Positions 1 through 8,880 of a stretch of 37,287 bases of DNA are shown piece after piece (position 1 is the first letter of the stretch; each line of letters opens with the position of its first letter). A program made the translations under genes and the position numbers. Source of the stretch: a virus (taxonomy: Duplodnaviria > Caudoviricetes); the IMG/VR virus record IMGVR_UViG_3300030106_004177, positions 1 through 37,287 of that record; one strand, written 5' to 3'. Under the pieces are notes generated by a model. The model worked only from the letters and a program-made list of their open reading frames with translations. It did not search any database and had not been told where the DNA came from.

Positions 1-364
1 AGATGAACCTGTCATAGAGCCAATAGAGCCAGAAAACATTTTGTTTGATCCAGCGGCTGATTGGCTAGACCCTGTTGGCAGTAGCCCATATCTTATCGTC
101 AGACGGCCTATGTTTGCTATTGATGTTAAGCAAATGATGGTTGATGCAGACCCCAAGACAGGTCAGCCAGCATGGAAAGAACTGGATGATGCAACGCTAC
201 AGCAAGGCAAAGAAGAGGATGCCGCTGATTTAGACGATGCACGAAATATGTTTGATGGGCCAAGCAGACGTGACACGGATGCGCCGATTGATGATTACGA
301 AGTTGTGTTTGTGCATGAAAACTTCGTAAAGCGCGGCGATCAAGACTACCACTATTACACGCTG
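1..364 (+). repeat. Terminal direct repeat, left copy (imperfect)
   Basis: Ungapped match to 36924-37287 with 21 mismatches counted by hand, all synonymous in the portal frame. Confidence 0.97.
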
Positions 365-1516
365 GCAACGGCGGCAATGCTGACAGATCCAACACCAGTT
401 GGCGAAGTGTATTTACACTGCAAAAACGGTGACAGGCCTGTGGTCGTTGGTTACTCAAACATCGAAGCGTTTAAGCCATATCCATCGAGCCGTGTGGAAA
501 TGCTAGGGCCACTACAGCAAGAGTCAAACGACTTAGCAAACCTACGCATGGACGCACTGAAGTTTAGCCTAACGCCTATGGTCAAGGTAAGGCGTGGTAA
601 CAAGGCGCTTGTGCCAGCATTAATGAATAGATCACCCGCTAAAGTTATTACAATGGATGATCCAGCTACTGACGTTATCGAGATGGCTCCACCGCCAGTT
701 AACAGTCAGGCTTATGCAGAGCAAGACAGGATCAACCTAGATTTTGACGAACTAGCTGGTAATTTTAATAACAGCAGTATTCAGTCTAATCGCCGTATGA
801 ATGAAACAGTCGGCGGCATGGCAATGTTGTCAGGGCAAAGCAACACGCTAATGGAATATGACTTGCGTGTATTTAGTGAGTCGTTTGTCGAGCCTGTGTT
901 GCGTCAGATGGTGCATTTAGAGCAAGCATATGAGACTGACAGCGTTGTGCTAGCATTGGCGGCTGAAAAGGCAGACTTGTTTCAGAAGTATGGCATAAAC
1001 CAAATCACTGACGATCTGTTGCAGGGTGAGTTAACGGTAAATGTAAACGTAGGCATAGGCGGCACAGATCCATTAATGCAAGGTCGCAAGTTTGCGCTTG
1101 CTATGCAGACGTTCGGTCAGCTTGTATCGCCACTGGTGCAACTGTATGGGCCTAATGTGTTGGAAACGTCAGGCGTGGAAGCAATAGCGTCAGAGATATT
1201 TGGCAAGGCTGGATACAAAGACGGTCAGCGGTTCTTAAACTTCAAAGACGGTCAGGGCGAAGACCCACGCATACAACAGCTACAAGCGCAGTTAGGCCAG
1301 ATGGGTCAGATTATCCAACAGCTACAGGGTCAAGTAAAAGACAAGAATATAGACCGACAAGTTAAACTAGCAGAAGCGCAGATGAAGGGTCAGATGGACG
1401 CACAAAAAGCGCAGATGGATGTTGAGGGCAAAGCCGCACTTGCAGAGCAAGGATTTAAGCTTGATCTAGCTAGAGCGCGATTGATGCCTAATGCAAGCAA
1501 CGTCAATGTCATGTAA
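2..1516 (+). CDS. Portal protein, C-terminal part (continues from 36316 across the contig junction; about 707 aa in total)
   Basis: The frame is open from position 2 and the translation is identical to the end of the 36316 ORF. It lies after terL and has a Gln-rich coiled-coil C-terminus typical of P22-like portals. The track's TTG start at 41 is an artefact of the cut. Confidence 0.9.
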   Translation, partial: DEPVIEPIEPENILFDPAADWLDPVGSSPYLIVRRPMFAIDVKQMMVDADPKTGQPAWKELDDATLQQGKEEDAADLDDARNMFDGPSRRDTDAPIDDYEVVFVHENFVKRGDQDYHYYTLATAAMLTDPTPVGEVYLHCKNGDRPVVVGYSNIEAFKPYPSSRVEMLGPLQQESNDLANLRMDALKFSLTPMVKVRRGNKALVPALMNRSPAKVITMDDPATDVIEMAPPPVNSQAYAEQDRINLDFDELAGNFNNSSIQSNRRMNETVGGMAMLSGQSNTLMEYDLRVFSESFVEPVLRQMVHLEQAYETDSVVLALAAEKADLFQKYGINQITDDLLQGELTVNVNVGIGGTDPLMQGRKFALAMQTFGQLVSPLVQLYGPNVLETSGVEAIASEIFGKAGYKDGQRFLNFKDGQGEDPRIQQLQAQLGQMGQIIQQLQGQVKDKNIDRQVKLAEAQMKGQMDAQKAQMDVEGKAALAEQGFKLDLARARLMPNASNVNVM

Positions 1517-3033
1517 TGGTCGATTTGCCGCCAGTTGCAAGGGTGCAACCTAGACAATTAATAGCTTATGACACTGCTGGGCAAGTGCCAGTGGCGCAAC
1601 CGCGAGGCGGCGGTGAGTTAGCGCCGTTGTTGCAAGCAGTTATGCAAGGTGGTCAAGCAGTTGCAGAAGGTTTTAGTTTGCCAGAGATGATGGCGCAGTA
1701 TGCTAGGGCAACAGATCCAGTTGCTAGTCAGAATATGTCAGGGTTAGAGCGTTTGTTTGCAACTAATCCAGCAATAAACACAATGGCGGGCAGTCTCATT
1801 AGTAGGTTGCCACAGGGTGCGGTGCTTGGGTCAAGTGCGTTGAGAAGACAAGGTGATGATGCGTTGCCGCAAGTAGATGAGATTGTTGCCTATCACGGTT
1901 CGCCGCATGATTTTGACAAATTTCAGATGGACAAAATTGGAACAGGCGAAGGGGCGCAAGCATTTGGGCATGGTCTTTATTACACTGATTTAGAAGACAT
2001 AGCGACAGGCTATAAAGATAAATTAACCCAGAGTTCGTTTGTAACGGTTGATGGGCAAGTCTTTGATCCATATGAAAAATTGTCGGATGGTTCATACACA
2101 ATAAAGAATTTAAACGTTAGGGCTAATCTCAACAAAAATGATGGTGATATTGATAAAGCGATTGAAAGGGCAACCGACATAATAGACAAAGCCCCTGATG
2201 AAGAGGCTGGTATTTTAGCCGCACAAGATTTAGCGTTGCTAGAAAACATAAAAGCACGTGGCGGGTTGCAAAAAAATAAAGGAAAAACATACAAAGTAGC
2301 AATTCAATCAAAATTAGATGATATGTTAGATTATGATGAGCCGTTGCTAGATCAACCTGTTAAAGTGCAAAACGCAATTAGAAATATTTATAAAAATTTT
2401 GCGTACAAAAATTTTCCTAACACAGAACCGCCAAACGGTTGGCAAACTGGCAAATTAACTTTAGAAGAAATGCGACATATGGGGTTATCTGATAATGCGT
2501 CTGGATCAAACGCATATCGGTTAATATCCGAAAAATTAAATCCCAAAAAATTTACCCCTAAAGCTGATATGTCAACTGATCAAATTAGAAAAGGGATAAA
2601 GGAAGAATACAAAAGTGGGGAAGTTATGATGTCTGATCTTTTAAACAGAGAGGGCATTAATGGGATGAGATATTTAGATGCCGATTCAAGAAATGCGCCA
2701 TATGAAATAAAATTATTTAATAAAAAAGGGCCATATGACACAGAAAAAATATCCGCTACTTCTAAACGACAGGCAGAGCAACTAGCTGATAATTACAAAG
2801 AAAAAGGTTTTGAAACGGAAATTGTAAAAAGCGGTACAAATAATTACGTTATTTTTAATGAAGACCTTGTAAACATTTTAGCTAAATATGGCATCGTTGG
2901 CGGTGCAGGGTTAGCCGCCGCAAACGAATTTAGTTCACCAGCGCAAGCAGATAGCTACCCTAACTATATGCCGCCACAAGCGCCAGAGTTAGATGCTAAC
3001 CCATTGCCAACATTACCGCCTAACATGGTTTAA
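1516..3033 (+). CDS. Putative ADP-ribosyltransferase-fold protein (ART of polyvalent/injected phage proteins), 505 aa
   Basis: Motifs YHGSPHDFDKF, IGTGEGAQAFGHGLYY, GINGMRYLDADSR and NYVIF. The N- and C-termini are low-complexity. Confidence 0.65.
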   Translation: MVDLPPVARVQPRQLIAYDTAGQVPVAQPRGGGELAPLLQAVMQGGQAVAEGFSLPEMMAQYARATDPVASQNMSGLERLFATNPAINTMAGSLISRLPQGAVLGSSALRRQGDDALPQVDEIVAYHGSPHDFDKFQMDKIGTGEGAQAFGHGLYYTDLEDIATGYKDKLTQSSFVTVDGQVFDPYEKLSDGSYTIKNLNVRANLNKNDGDIDKAIERATDIIDKAPDEEAGILAAQDLALLENIKARGGLQKNKGKTYKVAIQSKLDDMLDYDEPLLDQPVKVQNAIRNIYKNFAYKNFPNTEPPNGWQTGKLTLEEMRHMGLSDNASGSNAYRLISEKLNPKKFTPKADMSTDQIRKGIKEEYKSGEVMMSDLLNREGINGMRYLDADSRNAPYEIKLFNKKGPYDTEKISATSKRQAEQLADNYKEKGFETEIVKSGTNNYVIFNEDLVNILAKYGIVGGAGLAAANEFSSPAQADSYPNYMPPQAPELDANPLPTLPPNMV

Positions 3034-3323
3034 TGACACCACATGATGATTTGCTGGGCCTTGCTAGATTAGGCGCAGATATAGAAGCAGAGTTAGAAAC
3101 ACCGTTATTCAAGTATGTGCTTGGGCGCATGGTAGAGCGTGTTGACGAGTTAAAAGAAAAGCTGGTCGATTTATGCCCAGAGCAACAAGCATCAGAGATT
3201 AGACGTACACAAGCCGAAATAAAACGTTTCGATTGTATGCAACAAGATATCGAGCAGATCATAAACGATGGCAGACAAGCCTACCGTGAGATCGTCGAGG
3301 CGGAACAAGTCGAGGACTTGTAG
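3033..3323 (+). CDS. Small helical head-module protein
   Basis: 96 aa, coupled to the upstream stop (TAATG), in the usual position between portal and scaffold. Confidence 0.7.
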   Translation: MTPHDDLLGLARLGADIEAELETPLFKYVLGRMVERVDELKEKLVDLCPEQQASEIRRTQAEIKRFDCMQQDIEQIINDGRQAYREIVEAEQVEDL

Positions 3324-3357
3324 GGCGAAAGCCTTTAATTTTAACCAAGGAAAAGGA

Positions 3358-4476
3358 ATGTCTGATACAGAAACTACCCTCGATAATGAGGATGTTAATG
3401 TTGAGGCAGAACAGGCTCCGGCTGAAAAGCCAGAGTATGACGTACAAGATTTGCACCGCAATAATATTGAGGATGCAATGGCGGCACGTCGAAGCCAACA
3501 ACTAAACGATGAATCGACGCTACCCTCATTGGATGCGATTGATGACAATACCGAAGAAGAAGCAGAGGAACAGGACGGTCAACAGCAAGCAGACCCACCC
3601 CAAGGGCGGTCAGCTTCTGAACAACCCACGCCTAAAACTGAAGCTAGTTCTAAGGGCGATGACTTACATACTCTTATCATTGATGGTGAAGAGGAACGTA
3701 AGCCATTAGCGGAAGTTTTGAAATTAGCGCAAAAGTCACGTGCGGCTGACAAGCGATTTCAAGATGCGGCGGCGGCATTACGCCAAGCTAACGAACTGAA
3801 ATTACAGTTTGAACAGCAACAGCAAATGCAACCACAACCGCAAGCGCCAGTACAAGAGCAACAACCAGTGTCTACCAATGATGATGACGCTCTTGTAAAT
3901 GCTTTTATGTATGGCGATGAATCGCAAGTCAGAGATGCAGTCACACAGCTTAGAGGCAGTGGTCAAGGTCAACAGCAACTAAATCCAAATCAAGTTGCAC
4001 AAATGACGGCGGCTATTGTTCGTGAGCAAACAGAGCATCAAACCGCGCTGAACAATGCGTTAACTGAATACCCAGAGATCAAGGAAGATCCAAACCTACA
4101 ATCTATCGCCGTTAATTTTGTTAACCAAGGCTTAAAAGAAGATCTTATGAGTTTAGGTTATACAGAACAGCAACTTAACGCCGCGCCTATACAATCGTGG
4201 TGGGAACGCCACAGGGAAGCGCGACAAGCTGGTTACGGTGTTAAATCATATCAGGATTTACTTATGGATGGTGGGGCTAAGACTCGTTCTTGGTACAATG
4301 GACGTTCAGACGGTCAGACAGACGGTTTAGCTGACAAGCAAAATCGAAAGGCTGGCACAGCAAAACAACCGCGAAAAGTGAGCGCGGCAACGCCTAGTCG
4401 TGGAACCCCACGTCCTAAAACTCAATCAGAGATTATTCGTGAGGAACGCGAAGCTAGGAACTTGCCCATTTATTAA
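3358..4476 (+). CDS. Capsid scaffolding protein
   Basis: Acidic N-terminus, IDGEE...LAQKSRAADKRFQDAA segment, coiled coil and basic C-terminus, directly before the capsid gene. Start moved to ATG 3358, which follows a purine-rich AAGGAAAAGGA tract. Confidence 0.8.
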   Translation: MSDTETTLDNEDVNVEAEQAPAEKPEYDVQDLHRNNIEDAMAARRSQQLNDESTLPSLDAIDDNTEEEAEEQDGQQQADPPQGRSASEQPTPKTEASSKGDDLHTLIIDGEEERKPLAEVLKLAQKSRAADKRFQDAAAALRQANELKLQFEQQQQMQPQPQAPVQEQQPVSTNDDDALVNAFMYGDESQVRDAVTQLRGSGQGQQQLNPNQVAQMTAAIVREQTEHQTALNNALTEYPEIKEDPNLQSIAVNFVNQGLKEDLMSLGYTEQQLNAAPIQSWWERHREARQAGYGVKSYQDLLMDGGAKTRSWYNGRSDGQTDGLADKQNRKAGTAKQPRKVSAATPSRGTPRPKTQSEIIREEREARNLPIY

Positions 4477-4501
4477 CGCCTAACAGAAATAGGAGGCATA
4501 A

Positions 4502-5479
4502 ATGGCTGGACAATTATGGTCTACCAATACGCTTGGCGGCTATCTATATGCTGATGAACTGTCCTCAGTTTTACGCATGGAAGTACGAGCGTCTACTAAA
4601 TTCCGTCAGTTCTGCGATGCTAAAGACTTTGCAGATAAAGGTTTAAACAACGGTTCAACTGTTACATGGAACGTTTATTCCAAGGTTGCAACTGGTGGCT
4701 CTACCTTAACTGAAGGAACTGCAATTGCAGAAACTAACTTTACAATCAACCAAGCTACAGCAACGGTTGTTGAATGGGGCAACTCTGTTCCGTTTACAAG
4801 CTTGACTGATATGCTTGGTAAGCACAATGTCATGGACGTTACAAGAAATGTTTTGTCCAGAGATTGTCGTGAAACTCTTGACACTGAAGCAGAAGCTAAG
4901 TTTAGGCTTACACCGCTGAAGTATGTTGCTACAGGTGCGGCGGCATCAACTGGTACGTTGTACACAGATGGAACCGCTACAGGCAACAACGACGTTGGCT
5001 TGACTAAAACGCACGTGCGTAAGATTTCTGACTTGATGAAAGAGCGAAACATACCAGCTTACGAAGGTGATGATTACATCGCTATCGCAAGACCTACAAC
5101 GTTTCGTGATCTCAAAGATGAGTTAGAACAAGTTGATCAATACACAACTACTGGTTATCGCAAGATTACTAATGGTGAGGTTGGTCGATTTGAAGCAGTA
5201 CGCTTTGTTGAGCAAACCCAAATCTTGTCAGGTGGCGTAAACGCTTCACCAGCAAGAGATGGTACAAACAACTGGACAAATGGTAAGTCTGACTGGTGCT
5301 ATTTCATGGGCGCTGACACTGTGGCAGAAGTCATAGCAATGGCTCCAGAAATTCGCGGTCGTATTCCATCTGACTATGGACGGTCAATGGGTATGGCTTG
5401 GTATGCACTGGAAGGTTTTGGCCTTGTTCATTCTGATGCAACAAACGCTCGAATTATCGAGTGGGCATCAGCGGCTTAA
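4502..5479 (+). CDS. Major capsid protein (N4-gp56-like family)
   Basis: 325 aa with a strong AGGAGG RBS; motifs KFRQF, EWGNSV, GEVGRFEAVRFVE and DYGR..GMAWY. Confidence 0.9.
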   Translation: MAGQLWSTNTLGGYLYADELSSVLRMEVRASTKFRQFCDAKDFADKGLNNGSTVTWNVYSKVATGGSTLTEGTAIAETNFTINQATATVVEWGNSVPFTSLTDMLGKHNVMDVTRNVLSRDCRETLDTEAEAKFRLTPLKYVATGAAASTGTLYTDGTATGNNDVGLTKTHVRKISDLMKERNIPAYEGDDYIAIARPTTFRDLKDELEQVDQYTTTGYRKITNGEVGRFEAVRFVEQTQILSGGVNASPARDGTNNWTNGKSDWCYFMGADTVAEVIAMAPEIRGRIPSDYGRSMGMAWYALEGFGLVHSDATNARIIEWASAA

Positions 5480-5497
5480 TTAAGAAAGGATAATAGA

Positions 5498-5677
5498 ATG
5501 GCTATATTAAGAGGTGCGGGTCGCGGTTCGCAATCCATCATGGAAGCTTGCCCACCCGAAAATGCTTCAACTGCTGGTTCTATGCCAGACAAGTCGGACA
5601 TTAAATACGCTGGCATGGCTGACAAAGCCCCATATGGTAAAATGGGGAAAGCCGCCATGAGTTACAGCGGCAAGTAA
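5498..5677 (+). CDS. Small 59-aa protein after the capsid gene (not in ORF track)
   Basis: AAAGGA RBS, then MAILRGAGRGSQSIMEACPP...MSYSGK, ending just before a terminator. Confidence 0.7.
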   Translation: MAILRGAGRGSQSIMEACPPENASTAGSMPDKSDIKYAGMADKAPYGKMGKAAMSYSGK

Positions 5678-5683
5678 TGAGAA

Positions 5684-5714
5684 AGGGGCTGGCACACACC
5701 AGCCCCTATTCTTT
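5684..5714. terminator. Intrinsic terminator, probably bidirectional
   Basis: 9-bp stem AGGGGCTGG/CCAGCCCCT with a 6-nt loop, between convergent genes. Confidence 0.75.
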
Positions 5715-6117
5715 AGCTTGTTGGTTTTGCGTAATACCCATAAACCATTTTGTAAGAGCAGTCCCATGTGTCATGGATCTCTTGTTCAACAAGTGCCGAA
5801 AGGTGTCTCGCCATTCGCATAATGATTCTGCCGTTAGGCATATCGTAGTAGCGAGCTTTTCTACCCTCTAGCTTTGGGGCTGAGTGCCAAACCCAACCAT
5901 GTCTTTTTAGAAACTTTTCGTAGTTGGCTTTATGCGTACCGCCTCTAGCCGTTTTTTTGCCCTCAGTTTCTTTGTTAAGGGACGCTAGTTCGTCGTAGCA
6001 AGTTTTGTAGTCAAGCTCTAAAGCAATTGCTATAGCTCTGACAACGCAATCACCAGCATTTTTGCCTTTGAAATATTGTGAGCGTCCACCATCGTTGTAT
6101 TTAAAAGATTTTGTCAT
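5713..6117 (-). CDS. Hypothetical phage protein with a papain-like Cys-His-Asp arrangement, 134 aa
   Basis: GDCVVRAIA...HLSAL...HDTWD. Start set at ATG 6117, behind a TTTGGAGAA RBS. Confidence 0.7.
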   Translation of the reverse strand: MTKSFKYNDGGRSQYFKGKNAGDCVVRAIAIALELDYKTCYDELASLNKETEGKKTARGGTHKANYEKFLKRHGWVWHSAPKLEGRKARYYDMPNGRIIMRMARHLSALVEQEIHDTWDCSYKMVYGYYAKPTS

Positions 6118-6135
6118 ATCAATTTCTCCAAAAGG

Positions 6136-6151
6136 AGGGGCCGTAGCCCCT
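6136..6151 (-). other. cUACGg tetraloop hairpin between the two minus-strand genes
   Basis: The minus strand reads AGGGGC-TACG-GCCCCT followed by CCTTTT. Confidence 0.6.
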
Positions 6152-6155
6152 GTTG

Positions 6156-6476
6156 TTAAATATTTTTGTGAATAATTTTTGTGGCTAATAAAATATTCAA
6201 ACAATTTGTAAGTTGAGCTTTGGTTACTGCATCGTTGCATAAATTTTGAAATTGCTGTTTGGTGCATTTCATTTTTGTTTTGTCAGATGCTAAAATGCGT
6301 TGAGTTGCCTCTGCTTCTTTAACTACGTCTTCAAAAAAAGACACTGCCTCAATTTTTGCAGTACCGTCCGATGCAAAACTTATCATGTCTTGAGTAGACC
6401 AATTTGAGCCGCCACCGGAAAAAGTTTTTGTAATAATTTCGCCGTTTTCTTTGTGTTGTTTAACTTGCCAAAACAT
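6156..6476 (-). CDS. Hypothetical protein, 106 aa
   Basis: MFWQVKQHKENG...; TTTGGAGAA RBS and an upstream promoter. Confidence 0.7.
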   Translation of the reverse strand: MFWQVKQHKENGEIITKTFSGGGSNWSTQDMISFASDGTAKIEAVSFFEDVVKEAEATQRILASDKTKMKCTKQQFQNLCNDAVTKAQLTNCLNILLATKIIHKNI

Positions 6477-6537
6477 ATTAATTTCTCCAAATAAGTAACA
6501 ATAAATGTAATATAATACACATTTACATATGTTGCAA
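6477..6537 (-). promoter_or_regulatory. Sigma70-type promoter and leader (early-type cassette copy A)
   Basis: TTGCAA-17nt-TATATT, then GTTACTTA-TTTGGAGAA; aligns with 31405-31464 and 31847-31911. Confidence 0.75.
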
Positions 6538-6544
6538 GAGGTAA

Positions 6545-7909
6545 ATGCAAAAAAAATCAAATATTTCTGATCCCAAGTGGTTTATTGTGCCGTATAGTCG
6601 CGGCATAGTAATGCAGATAGGTGGTGATCAACCTTTGTATGGTCATTTTCTGTTAACCGACACTGTAGAGATTATTGCAGATGGTAAATTAGATGCGCTG
6701 GTAATCAATGGCGCTGAAATATTAGAAAGCAACACGTTTGAAGATTGGCGCAGGGTGATCAAGCCAGACGGCTACATAATCTTTGTCAATCAAGACGAAA
6801 CAGAAGCAAAAAACATATTAAGTGTTTGGTCAGATTGCGTGATAGCAAAACAGCGTGATCAGTTACTGGTTGTCACGCCAAACAAGAAAGAAAAGCAAAA
6901 GCCAAAGCCAGACAAGTCGTGTCTTGTGATAAGATATGGCGCATGGGGCGATCAGATTATATGCGCTGGCATATTCCCATTGCTCAAAAAGCAAGGATAC
7001 CATGTGACGTTAAATTGCCAAGCGCCACAGCACGTTATAAACGCAACGCACCCTGACATTGACGAATTGATGGTGCAAGACCGCAACCAAGTGCATAACG
7101 ATGACTTGGTGACGTACTGGCAAGCTATCGCAACCGAATATGATAAAGTTGTTAACCTCAGTTCAAGCATAGAAGGGCAGTTACTACTTAGCCACGAACA
7201 CCCAAAGTATTTTTGGTCACAATCTGCAAGGCACAAGTTGTTTAACCAGAATTATATGGAGATAACACATGATCTTGCTGACGTGCCGTATAATTTTCGT
7301 GGATGCGTTTTCCATGCAACGGCTGATGAAAAAGAACAGGCCAAAGAAATACGGCAAAGGTTTGATGCGCCGTTAGTCACATGGGCTGTTGCTGGTTCCA
7401 GCGTACATAAATGGTATCCGCACATGGCAGACGTGCTTGTAGGGCTGTTAGAACAGACAAATGCCTACGTCATGTTGATGGGCGATAAAGAAGCAATGGT
7501 TCTGCAAGAGTCTGTGCTTGAAGAGACAGAAAAACGATATGGCTCTGTAGAGCGCATAGCGGCTCAATGCGGCACGTTGCCAATGAGGGCATCAATGGCA
7601 CTGGCGCAAGTGTCAGACGTGGTTGTAGGGCCAGAAACAGGGCTTCTAAACGCTGTTTGCATGGAAAAAAACCATAAGGTTGTAATAGTCAGTCACAGTG
7701 GGCCAAAACAACTAACAAAACACTGGAAAAACACAAAAGAAATCTTGCCGCAAAATACGGCGTGTTTTCCATGTCACCGACTGCATTTTGATTTTGAACA
7801 CTGCAACCAAGATGACAACACAAAAGCGGCAAGATGCAGTGCCAGTATAGAGCCAGCAACAATTATTAAGGCTATAAAGAATGGATTACACAACGCTAGT
7901 CGCAAATAA
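6545..7909 (+). CDS. Glycosyltransferase family 9 (heptosyltransferase-like) with a degenerate methyltransferase-like N-terminal domain
   Basis: VIRYGAWGD, SSVHKWYP, VVGPETGLLNA and a C-terminal CFPC..C..C cluster. The N-terminal WRRVIKPDGYIIF resembles class I SAM-methyltransferases. Confidence 0.8.
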   Translation: MQKKSNISDPKWFIVPYSRGIVMQIGGDQPLYGHFLLTDTVEIIADGKLDALVINGAEILESNTFEDWRRVIKPDGYIIFVNQDETEAKNILSVWSDCVIAKQRDQLLVVTPNKKEKQKPKPDKSCLVIRYGAWGDQIICAGIFPLLKKQGYHVTLNCQAPQHVINATHPDIDELMVQDRNQVHNDDLVTYWQAIATEYDKVVNLSSSIEGQLLLSHEHPKYFWSQSARHKLFNQNYMEITHDLADVPYNFRGCVFHATADEKEQAKEIRQRFDAPLVTWAVAGSSVHKWYPHMADVLVGLLEQTNAYVMLMGDKEAMVLQESVLEETEKRYGSVERIAAQCGTLPMRASMALAQVSDVVVGPETGLLNAVCMEKNHKVVIVSHSGPKQLTKHWKNTKEILPQNTACFPCHRLHFDFEHCNQDDNTKAARCSASIEPATIIKAIKNGLHNASRK

Positions 7910-8510
7910 AGCTACTGACGGTTCTATTAAGAATTGGGTCAACAATGACAGCTTTTCCGCACCGACAATATTAGCAGAGGCAGAAGATTTTATTTACAGG
8001 CGTTTGCGTGTGCGTGAGATGCTGAAATTAACCACTGGCAATATGGTTGTGGGTCAAGACTACATAGACGTGCCTACTGACTTTATTGGCTCACGCTCGT
8101 TGTTCTACAGCGGCACAGAGAAGCTTGCGATGAACCACACAACATTGGATGCAATCGAGTCAGCTAGATCATACGATACAAGCGGTAATATAAGTCAGGG
8201 CAAGCCGACACAGTTTTACATTGACGCTGACAAAGCATTTTTTCCGTTAGCACCAGATCAAACCTATGCTTACAGGTGGCGTTACTATTGTCAGCCAGCG
8301 GCATTGTCTGGAAGCAATACAACTAACTTTCTGACAAACTTCAACCCACGTTTATTACGTTGCGTCTGTTTAGCAATGGCTAATGAGTTTCTGAAGAACG
8401 ACAGCGATAAATTGTATTGGTTGCGTTTAGCAGAGGGTGAAATAGAAGTATTGCATAAAGCTGACGATGAAGTGCGCTGGGATTTAGACGTGTCAGTAGT
8501 CGTTACGTGA
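7881..8510 (+). CDS. Head-tail adaptor (tail tubular protein A-like)
   Basis: AEDFIYRRLRVREM, PTDF, GKPTQF, PDQTY and SNTTNFL pattern; size and position fit. Confidence 0.8.
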   Translation: MDYTTLVANKATDGSIKNWVNNDSFSAPTILAEAEDFIYRRLRVREMLKLTTGNMVVGQDYIDVPTDFIGSRSLFYSGTEKLAMNHTTLDAIESARSYDTSGNISQGKPTQFYIDADKAFFPLAPDQTYAYRWRYYCQPAALSGSNTTNFLTNFNPRLLRCVCLAMANEFLKNDSDKLYWLRLAEGEIEVLHKADDEVRWDLDVSVVVT

Positions 8511-8511
8511 T

Positions 8512-8871
8512 ATGCCTTATTTGCCAATTGATCAGGCGGTCGCTGACTTAGAAAACAGAAAGCGCGACAGACTGCCTTATGTCAGTGATTTGCCTACGCA
8601 AAGCGTTGTGACTTTAGGTTCAACGGCAACAGATGCGTCAGACATAAATGCTACATTAGTTTTGTTAACTACAGTAGCGTCAGGAACAGGCGCAAAATTG
8701 CCGTTAGCATACGCTGGTAGCTTTGTATGTATAAGAAATAGTGGTGCTAATACTGCTACAATTTATTGCCAAGCTAACGAAACAATAGACGGCGGTTCAT
8801 CAACAACAATTACAGCGTCTGGAAGCAAACTGTTTTTTGCCCCAGCCGCGCAACAATGGTTTACAATCTAG
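8512..8871 (+). CDS. Small beta-rich virion protein (decoration or tail-associated)
   Basis: LPLAYAG..CIRNSGANTATIY....ETIDG motif common in phage structural proteins. Confidence 0.55.
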   Translation: MPYLPIDQAVADLENRKRDRLPYVSDLPTQSVVTLGSTATDASDINATLVLLTTVASGTGAKLPLAYAGSFVCIRNSGANTATIYCQANETIDGGSSTTITASGSKLFFAPAAQQWFTI

Positions 8872-8880
8872 GAGTAAAAC

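Noticed and set aside
1-364. Imperfect repeat pair as a diversity-generating retroelement TR/VR
   Set aside because: Differences are synonymous and not adenine-specific, the copies sit at the contig ends, and no reverse transcriptase is encoded.
3268-3357. Track's longer starts for scaffold (3268) and for ORFs 5713-6267, 6156-6560, 27984-28250 and 35892-36305
   Set aside because: The extensions overlap neighbouring genes or promoters, and downstream ATGs with better RBS or operon context are more plausible.
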